A stretch of 64,000 nt of DNA from Tepidisphaera sp. (GCA_050916045.1 CP051526.1:800001-864000), one strand, 5' to 3'; counted from the first letter of the stretch, positions 1-12,760 are shown. Program-made: numbers and translations. Notes: generated by a model from the sequence alone, not told the origin.

Positions 1-1407
1 CTTCGCCCCCCCGCGGCGAGCTTCGGTCGCGTACAGCTTCTCCCACGCCGTCACCACCACGGGGTCGAGCGAGTACGGCGGCCGAAGCAGGATTCGTCGG
101 GCGCTCCACACGTCATCCGGCTGCGCGAGGATCTGCACCCACGCCATCGCGTCCTGCACACCCTCGTCATCCATCGGCGACCTGGCTCGCTGCCGCCGCA
201 CCGGCACACCTTCGAGCTCGAGCGCCGCCGCCGCGTGGTCCAGATGCCCGTGCGTCGTCGCGAGCACGGCGTAGCTGCTCCACGGCCTCGTCGGATGCGA
301 CACGCGATCCGAGAGGATTATCGCCGCGATCGCCGAAGCGTCCTTGTCGTTCTCGTCCACCGCCACGCATTCGACCGACCCGGGCTCGGTGTGCTTGCCC
401 GCCGCCACGACCTCCTTGTCCGGGGCGAAACGCGAAGCCGCGAGCGAGATGATGCGATTCGCCGCCGCGACCACCTCCGGCGTGCTCCGGTAGTTCTCCG
501 TCAGCCGGACCTCGCCCGCGTGCGAGTAGGCTTTCTTGAAGTGCGCGAACGCGCGGTCGTCGGCCCCGCGGAACGCGTAGATCGACTGGTCGTCATCGCC
601 CACGACGCAGACATCGGCTTTCTTGCCAGGCGCGAGCTGCTTGAGCAGGGCGAGCTGCGCCGGGTTGCTGTCCTGGAACTCATCGACGATGAAGTACCGA
701 TACTCATCGCGGCAGATCGCTGTCGCCCGCCCGTCCTTTTTCAAAAGCCGGATCGGAAGGGTGATCAGGTCGCCGAAGGAAAGCCATCCATGATCGCGGC
801 GGGCCCGCTCGAACGCTTCGTAGAGCTTGGCCTGATCGAGAAACGTCTCCGCGCGGGCGATTTCGGCTTTCGCATCCTCTTCGTCGGATCGCCGTGCTTC
901 ATCCACCCACGCTTTGCCACGCGTGACCGCTTCCGCCGGTTCCACCGCGTGATCCTGCAGAATGCTCATGACGCCCATCGCCGACGCGATCGCCGAATCT
1001 CGCCCGGCCGCGATCGAATCCTGAAAAAGGCGAAGATCGTGCACCAGCTCCCGCAAAAGCCGTTTGGTCTGGGCCGAATCGATCAGGTCCGGCGACGCCG
1101 GCAGCCCCAGCGCATCCCCGAATCGCCGCAGAAGCCGCATGCCAAGCCCGTGGAACGTGTGCACGTTCACGCCGTCCGCCGCTCCCGGCGAAACCAGATC
1201 CGCAAGCCTTGAGCGAAGCTGCTGCGCCGCTTTCACGGTGTAGGTCACGGCGACCACCGTCTCGGGCCGCTCACCCTGATCGATCAGCCACTTGATGCGG
1301 TGCGCGATGACCCGCGTCTTGCCGGTCCCGGGCCCGGCGAGCACGATGAGCGGCCCCCCGGACCATGTCGCGGCGCGTTGTTGTGCGGCGTTCAGTTGGT
1401 CGGCCAT
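1..1407 (-). CDS. UvrD/PcrA-family ATP-dependent DNA helicase (N-terminal part; runs off the window start)
   Basis: Absent from the ORF track because it has no stop inside the window. Manual translation from ATG 1407 gives MADQLNAAQQRAA...LIVLAGPGTGKT (Walker A), VTYTVKAA, IVDEFQD (Walker B), VGDDDQSIYAFRGA and LTENYRS. An in-frame alternative ATG lies at 1425. Confidence 0.92.
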   Translation of the reverse strand, partial: MADQLNAAQQRAATWSGGPLIVLAGPGTGKTRVIAHRIKWLIDQGERPETVVAVTYTVKAAQQLRSRLADLVSPGAADGVNVHTFHGLGMRLLRRFGDALGLPASPDLIDSAQTKRLLRELVHDLRLFQDSIAAGRDSAIASAMGVMSILQDHAVEPAEAVTRGKAWVDEARRSDEEDAKAEIARAETFLDQAKLYEAFERARRDHGWLSFGDLITLPIRLLKKDGRATAICRDEYRYFIVDEFQDSNPAQLALLKQLAPGKKADVCVVGDDDQSIYAFRGADDRAFAHFKKAYSHAGEVRLTENYRSTPEVVAAANRIISLAASRFAPDKEVVAAGKHTEPGSVECVAVDENDKDASAIAAIILSDRVSHPTRPWSSYAVLATTHGHLDHAAAALELEGVPVRRQRARSPMDDEGVQDAMAWVQILAQPDDVWSARRILLRPPYSLDPVVVTAWEKLYATEARRGGAK

Positions 1408-1430
1408 GGCTCCCCCTTCCAGCATCACTG

Positions 1431-2282
1431 TCAGGCTTTGGGCGCGGCTTTCATGTACAGGTGCACCGCCATCCCGGTGTACTCGTGCGTCTCGGGCCCG
1501 CGGGCGCCGTTCATCTTGAGGTCGACGGGCTCGCGGCGATTGGGAACCTCCGGCTCGCCCGCTTCCTCGACGGTTTCGATCACTTCGTCGCCCTCATCAC
1601 CGCCGGCGACGGCGCGGTCGAACTCGGCTTCGATCTCGTCCGCGCTAAGCCAGACCCCGCCGGATTCCGCACGCTCGCGTCCTCGCCGGCGGCCCTGTTC
1701 GTCATCCTGCTCCGTCGGGCGCGATGGCTTGCGCCCGCGTTTGCCCTTGGGCTTCTCCTCGGGCAGCACGGGCGTGCCGTCGGGCGCAAACTCATGGAAA
1801 AGCGGCCACGGCGTGCGGAGCGCCGCGTACCCGGTGTCATCCAACATCGCGATCAGCCGCTCGAACTGTCCCTTGATCCGCGACCATGCCGCCGGATCGC
1901 GCACCATCGCGTACGGCGGATCGAAGAAAACCAGATGCACCGGACGCGGGCAGCGTGCGAGGGCGCCCGGCCCAAGGGCGTCGCCGTTCACGAGGTCGAC
2001 TTTGTCCTGGCAGCCCAGCGTCGCCGTGTTGCGCTCGAGATACTTGAAGATCTCGCGGTCGCGCTCGACCATCACGACCCGTGAAGCACCCCGGCTCACG
2101 GCTTCCAATCCGACCGACCCGACGCCTGAGAACGCTTCGAAGACCGTCGCGCCCTCGCAATGCCCTCGAAGAATCTGGAAAAGGGACTCACGCACCCGAT
2201 CTGGGAACGGGCGTGTGGTCTCCGCGTCGGGCGGGGTCTCGAGAAGTCTGCGGCGGTACTGGCCGGAAATGATGCGGAGCAT
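1431..2282 (-). CDS. rsmD: RsmD-family (16S rRNA m2G966-type) SAM-dependent methyltransferase with acidic C-terminal extension
   Basis: MLRIISGQYRRRLL, TRPFPDRVRESLF, FSGVGSVGLEAVSRGA and FDPPY motifs. Confidence 0.85.
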   Translation of the reverse strand: MLRIISGQYRRRLLETPPDAETTRPFPDRVRESLFQILRGHCEGATVFEAFSGVGSVGLEAVSRGASRVVMVERDREIFKYLERNTATLGCQDKVDLVNGDALGPGALARCPRPVHLVFFDPPYAMVRDPAAWSRIKGQFERLIAMLDDTGYAALRTPWPLFHEFAPDGTPVLPEEKPKGKRGRKPSRPTEQDDEQGRRRGRERAESGGVWLSADEIEAEFDRAVAGGDEGDEVIETVEEAGEPEVPNRREPVDLKMNGARGPETHEYTGMAVHLYMKAAPKA

Positions 2283-2314
2283 TCCGCACAGTATCCGGAT
2301 CGTGTACGGGGTTC

Positions 2315-2343
2315 TTGGTCCCTCTTCACCCGGCGGCTACTAT
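2315..2343 (+). promoter_or_regulatory. sigma70-type promoter for SRP RNA
   Basis: TTGGTC (2315-2320), 17-bp spacer, TACTAT (2338-2343), ending a few nt before the RNA hairpin. Confidence 0.65.
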
Positions 2344-2347
2344 GCGG

Positions 2348-2479
2348 CCGACTCCCCCCGATCGACGGCCGGGCCCGGTGCACGGAAGGCCCGTGAACCT
2401 GGTCAGGGCTTGACCGCAGCAGCCATAAGCGGCGTCGTCCGGGTCGCCGGCAACCTGGCCGTCGATCGCGGGGAGTCGG
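2348..2479 (+). ncRNA. ffs: Signal recognition particle RNA (small bacterial 4.5S type)
   Basis: Long hairpin: CCGACTCCCC/GGGGAGTCGG and CGATCGACGGCC/GGCCGTCGATCG ends pair. Helix-8 motif CCGT-GAACC-TGGTCAGG-GC-TTGACC-GC-AGCAGCCA-TAA-GCGG is present. Promoter upstream and terminator downstream. Confidence 0.88.
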
Positions 2480-2488
2480 TGAAGAACC

Positions 2489-2530
2489 AAAAAGAGCCGC
2501 GACCCGACGGTCGCGGCTCCTTTGTTTTTC
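2489..2530. terminator. Bidirectional intrinsic terminator
   Basis: AAAAA-GAGCCGCGAC-loop-GTCGCGGCTC-CTTTGTTTTT between convergent ffs and lipoprotein genes. Confidence 0.8.
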
Positions 2531-2551
2531 TAGGTCCGACGCGGGCAAGCG

Positions 2552-2989
2552 TCAAAGGCCGAGCTTGCGGCACATCCGCGTCAGAATCCCGCGGCAGAGA
2601 GCTTCCTCGTTGATCGGGCTCTTCCAGATCGTGACGCGGGTGACCCCGTCGCCGGCCTTCACCCGGACGGTCGCGCGCGGGTAGTCGTTGGCCCGCGGCG
2701 CAAGCCCGACGACCTCGCCGCTGAGTTCGCCGCCGGTGTTGCTCAGAATCGAGTACCCCTGATCTCGGAACTGCTCCTCGGCCGCCGCGAGCGCCGAAGC
2801 CACGCTCACGGTGGCCGGCAGATCCGCCGTCAGCTCAATCCCCGAGTACCGGCCCACCACGTTGCTCTGCCCGTGGGTTCGATAGGTCGGGTTGCAGCCG
2901 GTCAGTCCGGCGATGGCGATGGCGGCCGAAGCGATGGCGACGACCAAATACCCCTTGTTTCGGTGGAATGACTTGGTGTGGAAGGACAT
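2552..2989 (-). CDS. Lipoprotein, DUF3568-like
   Basis: Hydrophobic signal with lipobox LTGC, followed by a small alpha/beta domain; AGGAG RBS upstream. Confidence 0.6.
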   Translation of the reverse strand: MSFHTKSFHRNKGYLVVAIASAAIAIAGLTGCNPTYRTHGQSNVVGRYSGIELTADLPATVSVASALAAAEEQFRDQGYSILSNTGGELSGEVVGLAPRANDYPRATVRVKAGDGVTRVTIWKSPINEEALCRGILTRMCRKLGL

Positions 2990-3205
2990 CAGTTGCTCCT
3001 GAGCGATCGTTGGTTCAAAAAGATGGGAGCCCCGAGGGAGAGCGGCCCTGCCTCATCATAGTTGTTCCGGACGGGGAGTAGGGTGGCGGCTTGATCGGGG
3101 GCGGGAGGGGGCCTTTGATTCCCCCCCTGGTCGGAGATCCCGCCACGTTCAGGGTTTGTTCGAGTTTCACCGGCGGAGGCTAGTTGGAATGGCAGCGAGG
3201 TATGC

Positions 3206-3418
3206 ATGGCGATTCGCGTGAAGGGCCGCAGCGGTGAAGGGCACGAGGGCTTGATGCGTCGGTTCAAGAAACTCTGCGAAAAAGAGGGTCTGAACAAGGA
3301 CGTCAAGCGCAAGGAATTCTACGAGAAGCCCTCGGAGCGCCGCCGCCGCGCCGCTCGCAAGAGCGTCAATCGTCGCGACAAGGACGATTTCGCGCCCCGT
3401 TTCCAAGACCGCATGTAA
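3206..3418 (+). CDS. rpsU: 30S ribosomal protein S21
   Basis: LMRRFKK...EG...KEFYEKPSERRRR signature. Confidence 0.95.
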   Translation: MAIRVKGRSGEGHEGLMRRFKKLCEKEGLNKDVKRKEFYEKPSERRRRAARKSVNRRDKDDFAPRFQDRM

Positions 3419-3422
3419 ACCG

Positions 3423-3462
3423 CCAGCCGCGGCGATATTCGCCCGCGGTGGTTTTCTTTTTT
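3423..3462 (+). terminator. Intrinsic terminator after rpsU
   Basis: CCGCGGCGA-TAT-TCGCCCGCGG stem followed by TTTTCTTTTTT. Confidence 0.7.
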
Positions 3463-3614
3463 GATTTCGCGCGGGTCGTTCGACCGCAGGCGCGCAATCC
3501 CCCCACGGTCCCAGTCCATCCAATCCAGTATGCTGGTGCGGCTTTGCTGCCGGAACTTTCGCCGCACCTTGACGCGTTGACCGATGCCGGTTCTCGCTCG
3601 TGAGGAGTCCCCCG

Positions 3615-6296
<2,682 letters not shown>

Positions 6297-6325
6297 ACGG
6301 CCGCCGCGACCTGACTGAAACCACG

Positions 6326-6359
6326 AAAGCCCGCTTCATTCGAAGCGGGCTTTTTCTTT
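6326..6359. terminator. Bidirectional intrinsic terminator
   Basis: AAAGCCCGCTTC-ATTC-GAAGCGGGCTTT-TTCTTT between convergent genes. Confidence 0.85.
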
Positions 6360-6371
6360 GGCCGTGATGGG

Positions 6372-7274
6372 TCAGTTCGCGAGATCCTGCTGAATCGAGT
6401 CCGGCGAATCGAGTTCTCCGTCCGCCGCGGAGCCGGCGTTGGCTTGCCACATCCGCTCCATCACTCGCATCCCGGGCCAGAAGTTCTCGGCGTTCATCTG
6501 CATGGAGAAGAACGCTTTCTCATCACCAACGCGGAAGAGATGGAACCAGCCCTGATCGGCCGCGAGGCGATCGATCTCGGAGTGCGGGATCGAACGATGC
6601 TTGTACTTGCCCTTCTTCGGAATCACGTGCGTCTGGGTCAGCGACATGGCACCCCACGCGATGGACTCGCCCGCGAGCAGCCGGTCGACCCAGCGGTCCG
6701 CGATGGTGTCGGCGATGATCATCTTGACGACGTCGAGCTCGTCTTCGCCCTGAAAGTTCCGCCCCATCGAGAAGAAGGAGAAGCCCTTGGATTTCTCCTT
6801 GTGCGTCCCGTTCCAGCGGATCCGGCGTTTCTCCGCGTCGCGAAGCGTGATGACCAGCGTCGTTCCGGCGTAGATCCCGTTCACGTACTGCCGCGTGAGC
6901 TCATATCGGAAACTGGTGCACGCGTCGTATCGCATCGACTGCAGGAGTTTCCCCCGGCGGTAAACGACGACGCCGAACTCACGAAACTCGAAGGTGCGGA
7001 GGAGGCGGAGGACGATCCAGACCGACAAGGCCGCCAAGCCGGCGGCGGCGAGCGCGAAGACGATCGCGGTTTGTCGATCGCGGGGCGTGTTGAGCGAGAG
7101 CGCTGCCCACGCCAGCAGACTCGCGATCACAACCGCGATGAACGCCAACACCCAGGCGACCACGGTCCCGCGACGGGTCGCGATCAGAGCGCCGAACTCA
7201 ACGTCTGGAGCAGACTCCGTCTGAGAGGGGGCTTTCCCGGGGCCGGGCTGGTTTTTCAAGGGCTCAATCTTCAC
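6372..7274 (-). CDS. Hypothetical membrane protein (two N-terminal TM helices plus soluble domain)
   Basis: 300-aa ORF with typical codon usage, two hydrophobic segments, 20 bp downstream of the aminotransferase gene. Confidence 0.7.
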   Translation of the reverse strand: MKIEPLKNQPGPGKAPSQTESAPDVEFGALIATRRGTVVAWVLAFIAVVIASLLAWAALSLNTPRDRQTAIVFALAAAGLAALSVWIVLRLLRTFEFREFGVVVYRRGKLLQSMRYDACTSFRYELTRQYVNGIYAGTTLVITLRDAEKRRIRWNGTHKEKSKGFSFFSMGRNFQGEDELDVVKMIIADTIADRWVDRLLAGESIAWGAMSLTQTHVIPKKGKYKHRSIPHSEIDRLAADQGWFHLFRVGDEKAFFSMQMNAENFWPGMRVMERMWQANAGSAADGELDSPDSIQQDLAN

Positions 7275-7293
7275 GGCACCCCTCGGCCAAGGC

Positions 7294-8769
7294 TTAACCC
7301 GCGGTCTTCGCCAGCCCGCGCTCGATGCACGCGAACACGCGAGCCCAGTCTTCTTTCTTGAAGACCGGGAGCGGCGGGAGCATGCGGATGTGGTACGGGC
7401 TGTGACCGCAGTAGAAGACGATCGCGCCCTCGTCGAAGATGTGCTTGCACGCCTGCGTGATCTTGTCCTTCTTGCCGCCGAAGGGCGTGAACTTCATCAT
7501 GCCGCCGACGCCGCCCGAGATCTCGTGCTCATAGCCGAGCGAATCGCTGATCTTGGGGAACCACTCGGGGTGCTTGGCCGCGAGGGCTTGTACCTGCGTG
7601 CGGAACTCGGCGTGGTGCTGAGCGAACGTGCCCTGCTCGCCGTAGTACGTCGAAGCCCCGTCGCGCAGCTTCTCGACGATCCGGCGGCCGACGCGGAAGC
7701 TCGGTCCTTCGCCCGTGAACGTCCCGCTGAGCAGGCCCGGCTTGGGGTTGTACTCCTCGGTGAAGAGGGTCACGCATGCTTGCGTCATCTTGCCCACGCA
7801 GAAGACGTCGACGTAGTCGCCCAGGTCAAAGTACTCGTACGCGAACATCTGCGGCGAGCGGCCCCAGGTCTGGATCTCATCGTCCCAGATCGCGACGCGG
7901 CGGGCCCGGCAGACATCCATCAGGGCTTTGAAGTAGTCGCGCTGACCGACGTTGAACCCGCCCTCGCCCTGCATCATCTCGAAGATGAAGCAGGCGTGCT
8001 GGTTGGGATACCGGTCCAGGTACTGCGTCAGGTGCCAGACGGAGAGGTCGATGTACCGCTTGGCGCCCATGGCTTTGTACTGAGCCAGGTCGAAGAAGGG
8101 CATGTAGTCGACCAGGGTGGACAGCGGGACGCCCTGGCGGTAGTCGGAGGTGTCGCCGATCTGGCACATGGTGATCGACCGGCCCATGAAGCAGTCCTTG
8201 AAGGCGATCACGCGGCTGGCCGGAGCGTGCTTCTGGTAGCAGACCTTCAGAGCGTTTTCGTTGGCCATCGCGCCGCTGGTAGCGATGTAGGAGTACTTGA
8301 GGCGGCTGTGCTTCTTGGCTTCGTTGAGAAGCACCTCGGCGAACTCGAAAGCGTCGAAGTTGGACTGGAGGTTGCCGCTCTTGACGGTGTCGTCGAGCGA
8401 TCCGATCAGCGACTCCTCGATCAGGTCCGGGTCGGAGTGGCCGAAGAAGTGAACGCCGATGCCGCCGATCATGTCCCACTTGACGGAGCCGTCGAGCAGT
8501 TCGACGAGGGCTCCGTTGCCCAGCCCGCTCCCGATGTACGGGTAGAGCAGGCCGCGGCCGCGCACGTCTGCCGCCCGCTTCATGAGCGTGTCGTACGACT
8601 CCTTCAGGCCGGGGTTGGCCGAGCGGATGTCGGTGATCTGTGCGGAGGCGGATCGCACCTCGCCGACCAACGTCTGGATCGCGGCCCGCACGGCGGGCTT
8701 TGCGCGAAGCTGCTGCCCGAGCGTGGTGGAGGGGCTGGCGGTGGAAGCGGTCGGGGTGGGGGTGCTCAT
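7294..8769 (-). CDS. Class III PLP-dependent aminotransferase (acetylornithine/GABA aminotransferase-like)
   Basis: SGAMANENALK, FEMMQGEGG, WDDEIQTWG, VGK (PLP lysine) and SGTF motifs. Confidence 0.88.
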   Translation of the reverse strand: MSTPTPTASTASPSTTLGQQLRAKPAVRAAIQTLVGEVRSASAQITDIRSANPGLKESYDTLMKRAADVRGRGLLYPYIGSGLGNGALVELLDGSVKWDMIGGIGVHFFGHSDPDLIEESLIGSLDDTVKSGNLQSNFDAFEFAEVLLNEAKKHSRLKYSYIATSGAMANENALKVCYQKHAPASRVIAFKDCFMGRSITMCQIGDTSDYRQGVPLSTLVDYMPFFDLAQYKAMGAKRYIDLSVWHLTQYLDRYPNQHACFIFEMMQGEGGFNVGQRDYFKALMDVCRARRVAIWDDEIQTWGRSPQMFAYEYFDLGDYVDVFCVGKMTQACVTLFTEEYNPKPGLLSGTFTGEGPSFRVGRRIVEKLRDGASTYYGEQGTFAQHHAEFRTQVQALAAKHPEWFPKISDSLGYEHEISGGVGGMMKFTPFGGKKDKITQACKHIFDEGAIVFYCGHSPYHIRMLPPLPVFKKEDWARVFACIERGLAKTAG

Positions 8770-8893
8770 GCGGAAGGATAGATCGGTCGTTTCACCCGCA
8801 GAGGCTCAGTTGGGGCAGTCCCGCGCGGCGAAACACCGAGGCGGACGGCCCGAGGGGCCCGCCAGCGGCGTCATCGTGCGCTCGAATCCGGGA

Positions 8894-11800
8894 TTACCGG
8901 GCTGGTTCGGCGGGGTTCGCCGCTCCGGCCGGAGCTTTGGACCGGGAGATGAACCGGAGATCCCGCTCGCAGGTGTCGATGACCTTCTGCGAAAGATCGG
9001 AGTAGGCGTTCCATTCCTGGGGCGGGTGAAGGCCGGGCAGGTCCTCGAACCGAAGCGTGCGCACGATCGTGGGGATCGGCGAGGCTCCCTCGGCTTCTCG
9101 CGTGGTCCATTCCACGCGGCCGTCGCCGGCGGCTGTCCGCGACTCGAACACGCCAGGGAGCGATGCCGCGACCAGGCTTTCCTCGCACCGCACCCGGGTT
9201 TCGGACTCAAACCGCCAGCGGATGAGCCTTACCGGCGCGATGCGGCCCGGAACGGCGTCGACGGGCACGCGGGCGTGCTCGAACGCCATCGGGACGCGCC
9301 CCGCGAGAGCGTCTCCATCCCTGCGGAACGCGCCGGGGATCTCATAGCTGACCAGGACGATCAGACTGTCATCTTTGCGAGCCCCCGTGGCGATCGCGTC
9401 GAGCCGCTCGAATCGGAGCGAACTGACGATGGCCGGCTTGCCGCTGGATCCAAGCCAGTCGGCGAAGACGTTGGTGCGTTCGTCGGGGGGCATCGAGCTC
9501 AGGCGGGACCGGTAGCTGACGCTGTCGCGTCCGGCGATCTCGATGCGTTCTTCGATCCGTGCTTTGCCGTCGGCCAGAATGAGGACGTCGCGCGAGATGA
9601 ATACCCCCTCGGCGGGGGCGTCGCGGAGCGGGACATCGACGAGGCGGGGCTCGGCCGGGTCGAGGACGAGCGCGGCTTTGGGAGCCATCGACCCGTGGCC
9701 CTGCAGCGCCGCGTCCAGGTCATCGCTGGTCGTGTCGAGGAACGTCCCGCCGGATTGTGTGCCGGGAGCGTGCAGGTCGGGCACATACACCACCATGTGG
9801 TCAAAGGCGTTGCGGTGGGGGATGTCCGCCAGCGGCGGAAGGCCGAAGGAATACAGCGCGAGATGGGCTTTGATCCCGGCTTGATTCAGAAGCGAGTGGA
9901 GCAGGACGGAGTGGTCCTTGCAGTCGCCGAACTTCGTGCGGAGCGTGTCGTCTGGAGCGCGTGGGATGTACGCTCGCGGACCGAACGTGACCGCGCGGTA
10001 CGCCAACGTCCGCTGGACGTACGCCGAGATCCGATGGACTCGCTCGGCAAGAGGGAGAGACGCATCCGCCGCGGGGATCGCCTCCTGAACGGCTTGGGTC
10101 GGCGCGGGTGCTTCGAGGCAGGCTTTGATCTCGGCGAGATACTCAAGCCCGACGGCTTTCCAGCTCTTGCCTGTGGGGCCGTAGATCGCGAAGCGGTCCC
10201 ACTCAAAGCGCAGCGCGGAAGCGGGTTCGGATCGGAACGCCGGGATCGCGGAAACGGAGAACGCGACGCCCGTGTCGCGCTGGTCGACCTTGACGTCTCC
10301 CATGAGCTTCCAGATCAGGTGATCCTTGATCGGGGCGGGCGTCTCAATCCAGAGAAGCTTGACGGCGGCCGGAGCGGATGAACCGAACCACATCGATCCA
10401 TAGTCAATCTCGGTCATCGGGGCGAGTGTCTCGTACGTGACGAGGACCTCGATTGTCGATCCGGCCGTCAAGCCCGTCGCGGGGAGCACAAGCGTCTTGT
10501 CATCGGACGCTTCGCCCGACTCGGCATCGGTGACGTAGTAGGTCGCGGGATCGCCTTCGGTCACCTTTCCTTGCGGGTCGATGACTCTGAAGGTGTTGAC
10601 GGCGATCCGCTCGCGAGCGGGCTCGAAGTCGAAGCTCATCGTGCTGAGCTCATCCACGCCGGCCCGCGTCACCGCTTTCTGGCGGATCAGGATGCTCGTG
10701 CGAAGGGGAGAGCCGGGGGTGAACGCGACGGCGCGGGCGCTGACATCGACGAGGACGGGGGAGTCCGCCGCGGGCGGCGGGCTGGAGGGCTTGAGAAGGT
10801 CTTCCGGGATCGAGACGGGCTGGATGCCCTTGGCGATCAGGGAGCGGTCACCCTGGCCGAGGGCCCGCGTCGCGCTGGCGAGATCCTCGCGGATGGTCTT
10901 GTTGCCCGGGAGTTTCTGGAGAGCGGATTCGAAGGAATCGCGAGCCTGCCCGAACCATCCCAGGGCCATCTCCGCGCGGCCGCGGCGGACGAGCAGGCCG
11001 GCGCTCCCCGGTTCGCGTTCCAGCATTTTCACGGAGAACTCGCGGGCTTCGGAGAAGCGATCAAACTCAAGAAGGAGGTCGATGTACGGCCAGAGAGCCA
11101 CCCAGTTGGTCGGGGTCGCTTCCGCGGCGGGCTTGAGCATCGCCAGCGCTTCGTCGAGGTTTCCCTTGCGAGCGATCGCTCCGGCTTTCTCGCCGATGAA
11201 GGTCTGGGGGTCGCCGGCGGCGAGGGTATCGATGGCTTTGAGAACATCGTCATGCCGGTCCGCGGCGGAGAGAAGCTCGAGGTACGCCGAGAGGACTTCG
11301 TCATCGCGGCGCCCGGTTGCGAAGTAACGCTGGTACGCGGCTTCCGCGCCGGCCGCGTCGCCGGCGGCGCCGCGAAGGCGGGCTTCGACGACCATTCTCG
11401 CGGCGGCGGCCTTGGCGTCCTTCGGGCCGGGGACTTTCTGGAGCAGCGCGACGGCTTGCCGGTACTGTCCGAGCTCTTCGAGAAGCTCAAGCGTCCCGTC
11501 GACGAGGTCGTGGTCCTCGGGGATGTACTCGACGGCTTTGAGGTAGAGCGGCAGAGCTCCCTGACTGTCGTCGTCGGCGCTCCTGAGGTTGGCGATCGTG
11601 CCGATGATCACGCCGTGTGCGATGCGTTCGCCGCTGGTGAGCTCGGACGCGGGTGCTTGCGGAGGGAACTGTGCGGGCGCGGGCAGGAGCTCGACGCCCG
11701 CGATGAGCTTTTCGGTGAGGCTTTGCTGATGTTCGGGAACGACCGACCAAGCTTGGACGAAGAGCACGATTGGGCCGCGGAAGATGACGACGTTTGTTCC

Positions 11801-12760
11801 GGAGATGTTCTGAAACGGTCCGCCGCGTCGGAAGACACCGGTCCATTTCCGTGCGCCGTCCCCGAGGTCGGCTTTCGTCCAGGCTTTGGAAGCGGCTTCC
11901 AGGCTTTCGGCTTCATCGGCGATACCGGGGGCGCGGAGGCCGAAGCGTGTGATGGTGGCTTCGAGAACTTCCTCGTCGGTGCAGGCGAGGGTGCCGAGGT
12001 TGATGCTCTGGACAGCCAGGAAGGTCCATCCTCCCTGACGCAGGCCGATGCCGCCGTCGGCGGCTCCGTCGAACTCGTCGGGGGCGTCGTCCATCTGGAT
12101 GTTGTCGGGGAGCGTGATGCGGACGCCGAGCTTCTCCGACACGATCGGCGACGCCGCACGCTTGTAGGAGCGTTTGGACTGGCGGGTTTCGTCGAGCAGC
12201 CGCACCCGTGGCAGCACGCGGTTGATCTCGTTGCTGATGAGCAGAGCCTGAGTGCGTCGGCCCTGCACACCGACGCGGTAGCAGATGCCCTTGGACATCC
12301 CGGCCCATCCCTCGAACCGGACGCTTGAGCTCTTGGTCTTGACGTCGATCTTGAACCGGCGTCCGTCGATCCCGGCGACCGTCTCGGGTCTGCTTTCGAC
12401 GAGTTCGAAAGCGGTGGAGTCCTTCGCGATGCTGGAGCAGAGCAGGCGGAGCCACGCTTCGGAGTCGTCCGGCCCGTTGGGTGACAGTTCCTCGGAGCGG
12501 ACGACGAGGAGGAGGTCCCCCGAACGCTTCCACTGGGCGGAGCCGGCGTCGTCGGACTTGGGCGCGACGGTGACGCGGGTCCATCGTCCGGCGGCGAGTT
12601 CGAGGCTGAGGTTGTGCTCGTCGAGGCGGACCCGGTCAAAGTCGCCCGCCGGTGCCTCGGGTGGGGCGATCGCAGGCGGGGCGTCCTGTCCGCGTACCGG
12701 GAGGACGAGCCAGAGGATCGAGATCGCGCACGCGAGAGCCGTCAGCCGCGGAAGGGTCAT
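8894..12760 (-). CDS. Secreted TPR + DUF3857 + transglutaminase-like protein
   Basis: Signal peptide, central TPR-like helices, DUF3857-like region (LPATGLTAGSTIEV), and catalytic-type motifs GDCKDHS, FDHMVVYV, FLDTT. Confidence 0.8.
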   Translation of the reverse strand: MTLPRLTALACAISILWLVLPVRGQDAPPAIAPPEAPAGDFDRVRLDEHNLSLELAAGRWTRVTVAPKSDDAGSAQWKRSGDLLLVVRSEELSPNGPDDSEAWLRLLCSSIAKDSTAFELVESRPETVAGIDGRRFKIDVKTKSSSVRFEGWAGMSKGICYRVGVQGRRTQALLISNEINRVLPRVRLLDETRQSKRSYKRAASPIVSEKLGVRITLPDNIQMDDAPDEFDGAADGGIGLRQGGWTFLAVQSINLGTLACTDEEVLEATITRFGLRAPGIADEAESLEAASKAWTKADLGDGARKWTGVFRRGGPFQNISGTNVVIFRGPIVLFVQAWSVVPEHQQSLTEKLIAGVELLPAPAQFPPQAPASELTSGERIAHGVIIGTIANLRSADDDSQGALPLYLKAVEYIPEDHDLVDGTLELLEELGQYRQAVALLQKVPGPKDAKAAAARMVVEARLRGAAGDAAGAEAAYQRYFATGRRDDEVLSAYLELLSAADRHDDVLKAIDTLAAGDPQTFIGEKAGAIARKGNLDEALAMLKPAAEATPTNWVALWPYIDLLLEFDRFSEAREFSVKMLEREPGSAGLLVRRGRAEMALGWFGQARDSFESALQKLPGNKTIREDLASATRALGQGDRSLIAKGIQPVSIPEDLLKPSSPPPAADSPVLVDVSARAVAFTPGSPLRTSILIRQKAVTRAGVDELSTMSFDFEPARERIAVNTFRVIDPQGKVTEGDPATYYVTDAESGEASDDKTLVLPATGLTAGSTIEVLVTYETLAPMTEIDYGSMWFGSSAPAAVKLLWIETPAPIKDHLIWKLMGDVKVDQRDTGVAFSVSAIPAFRSEPASALRFEWDRFAIYGPTGKSWKAVGLEYLAEIKACLEAPAPTQAVQEAIPAADASLPLAERVHRISAYVQRTLAYRAVTFGPRAYIPRAPDDTLRTKFGDCKDHSVLLHSLLNQAGIKAHLALYSFGLPPLADIPHRNAFDHMVVYVPDLHAPGTQSGGTFLDTTSDDLDAALQGHGSMAPKAALVLDPAEPRLVDVPLRDAPAEGVFISRDVLILADGKARIEERIEIAGRDSVSYRSRLSSMPPDERTNVFADWLGSSGKPAIVSSLRFERLDAIATGARKDDSLIVLVSYEIPGAFRRDGDALAGRVPMAFEHARVPVDAVPGRIAPVRLIRWRFESETRVRCEESLVAASLPGVFESRTAAGDGRVEWTTREAEGASPIPTIVRTLRFEDLPGLHPPQEWNAYSDLSQKVIDTCERDLRFISRSKAPAGAANPAEPAR

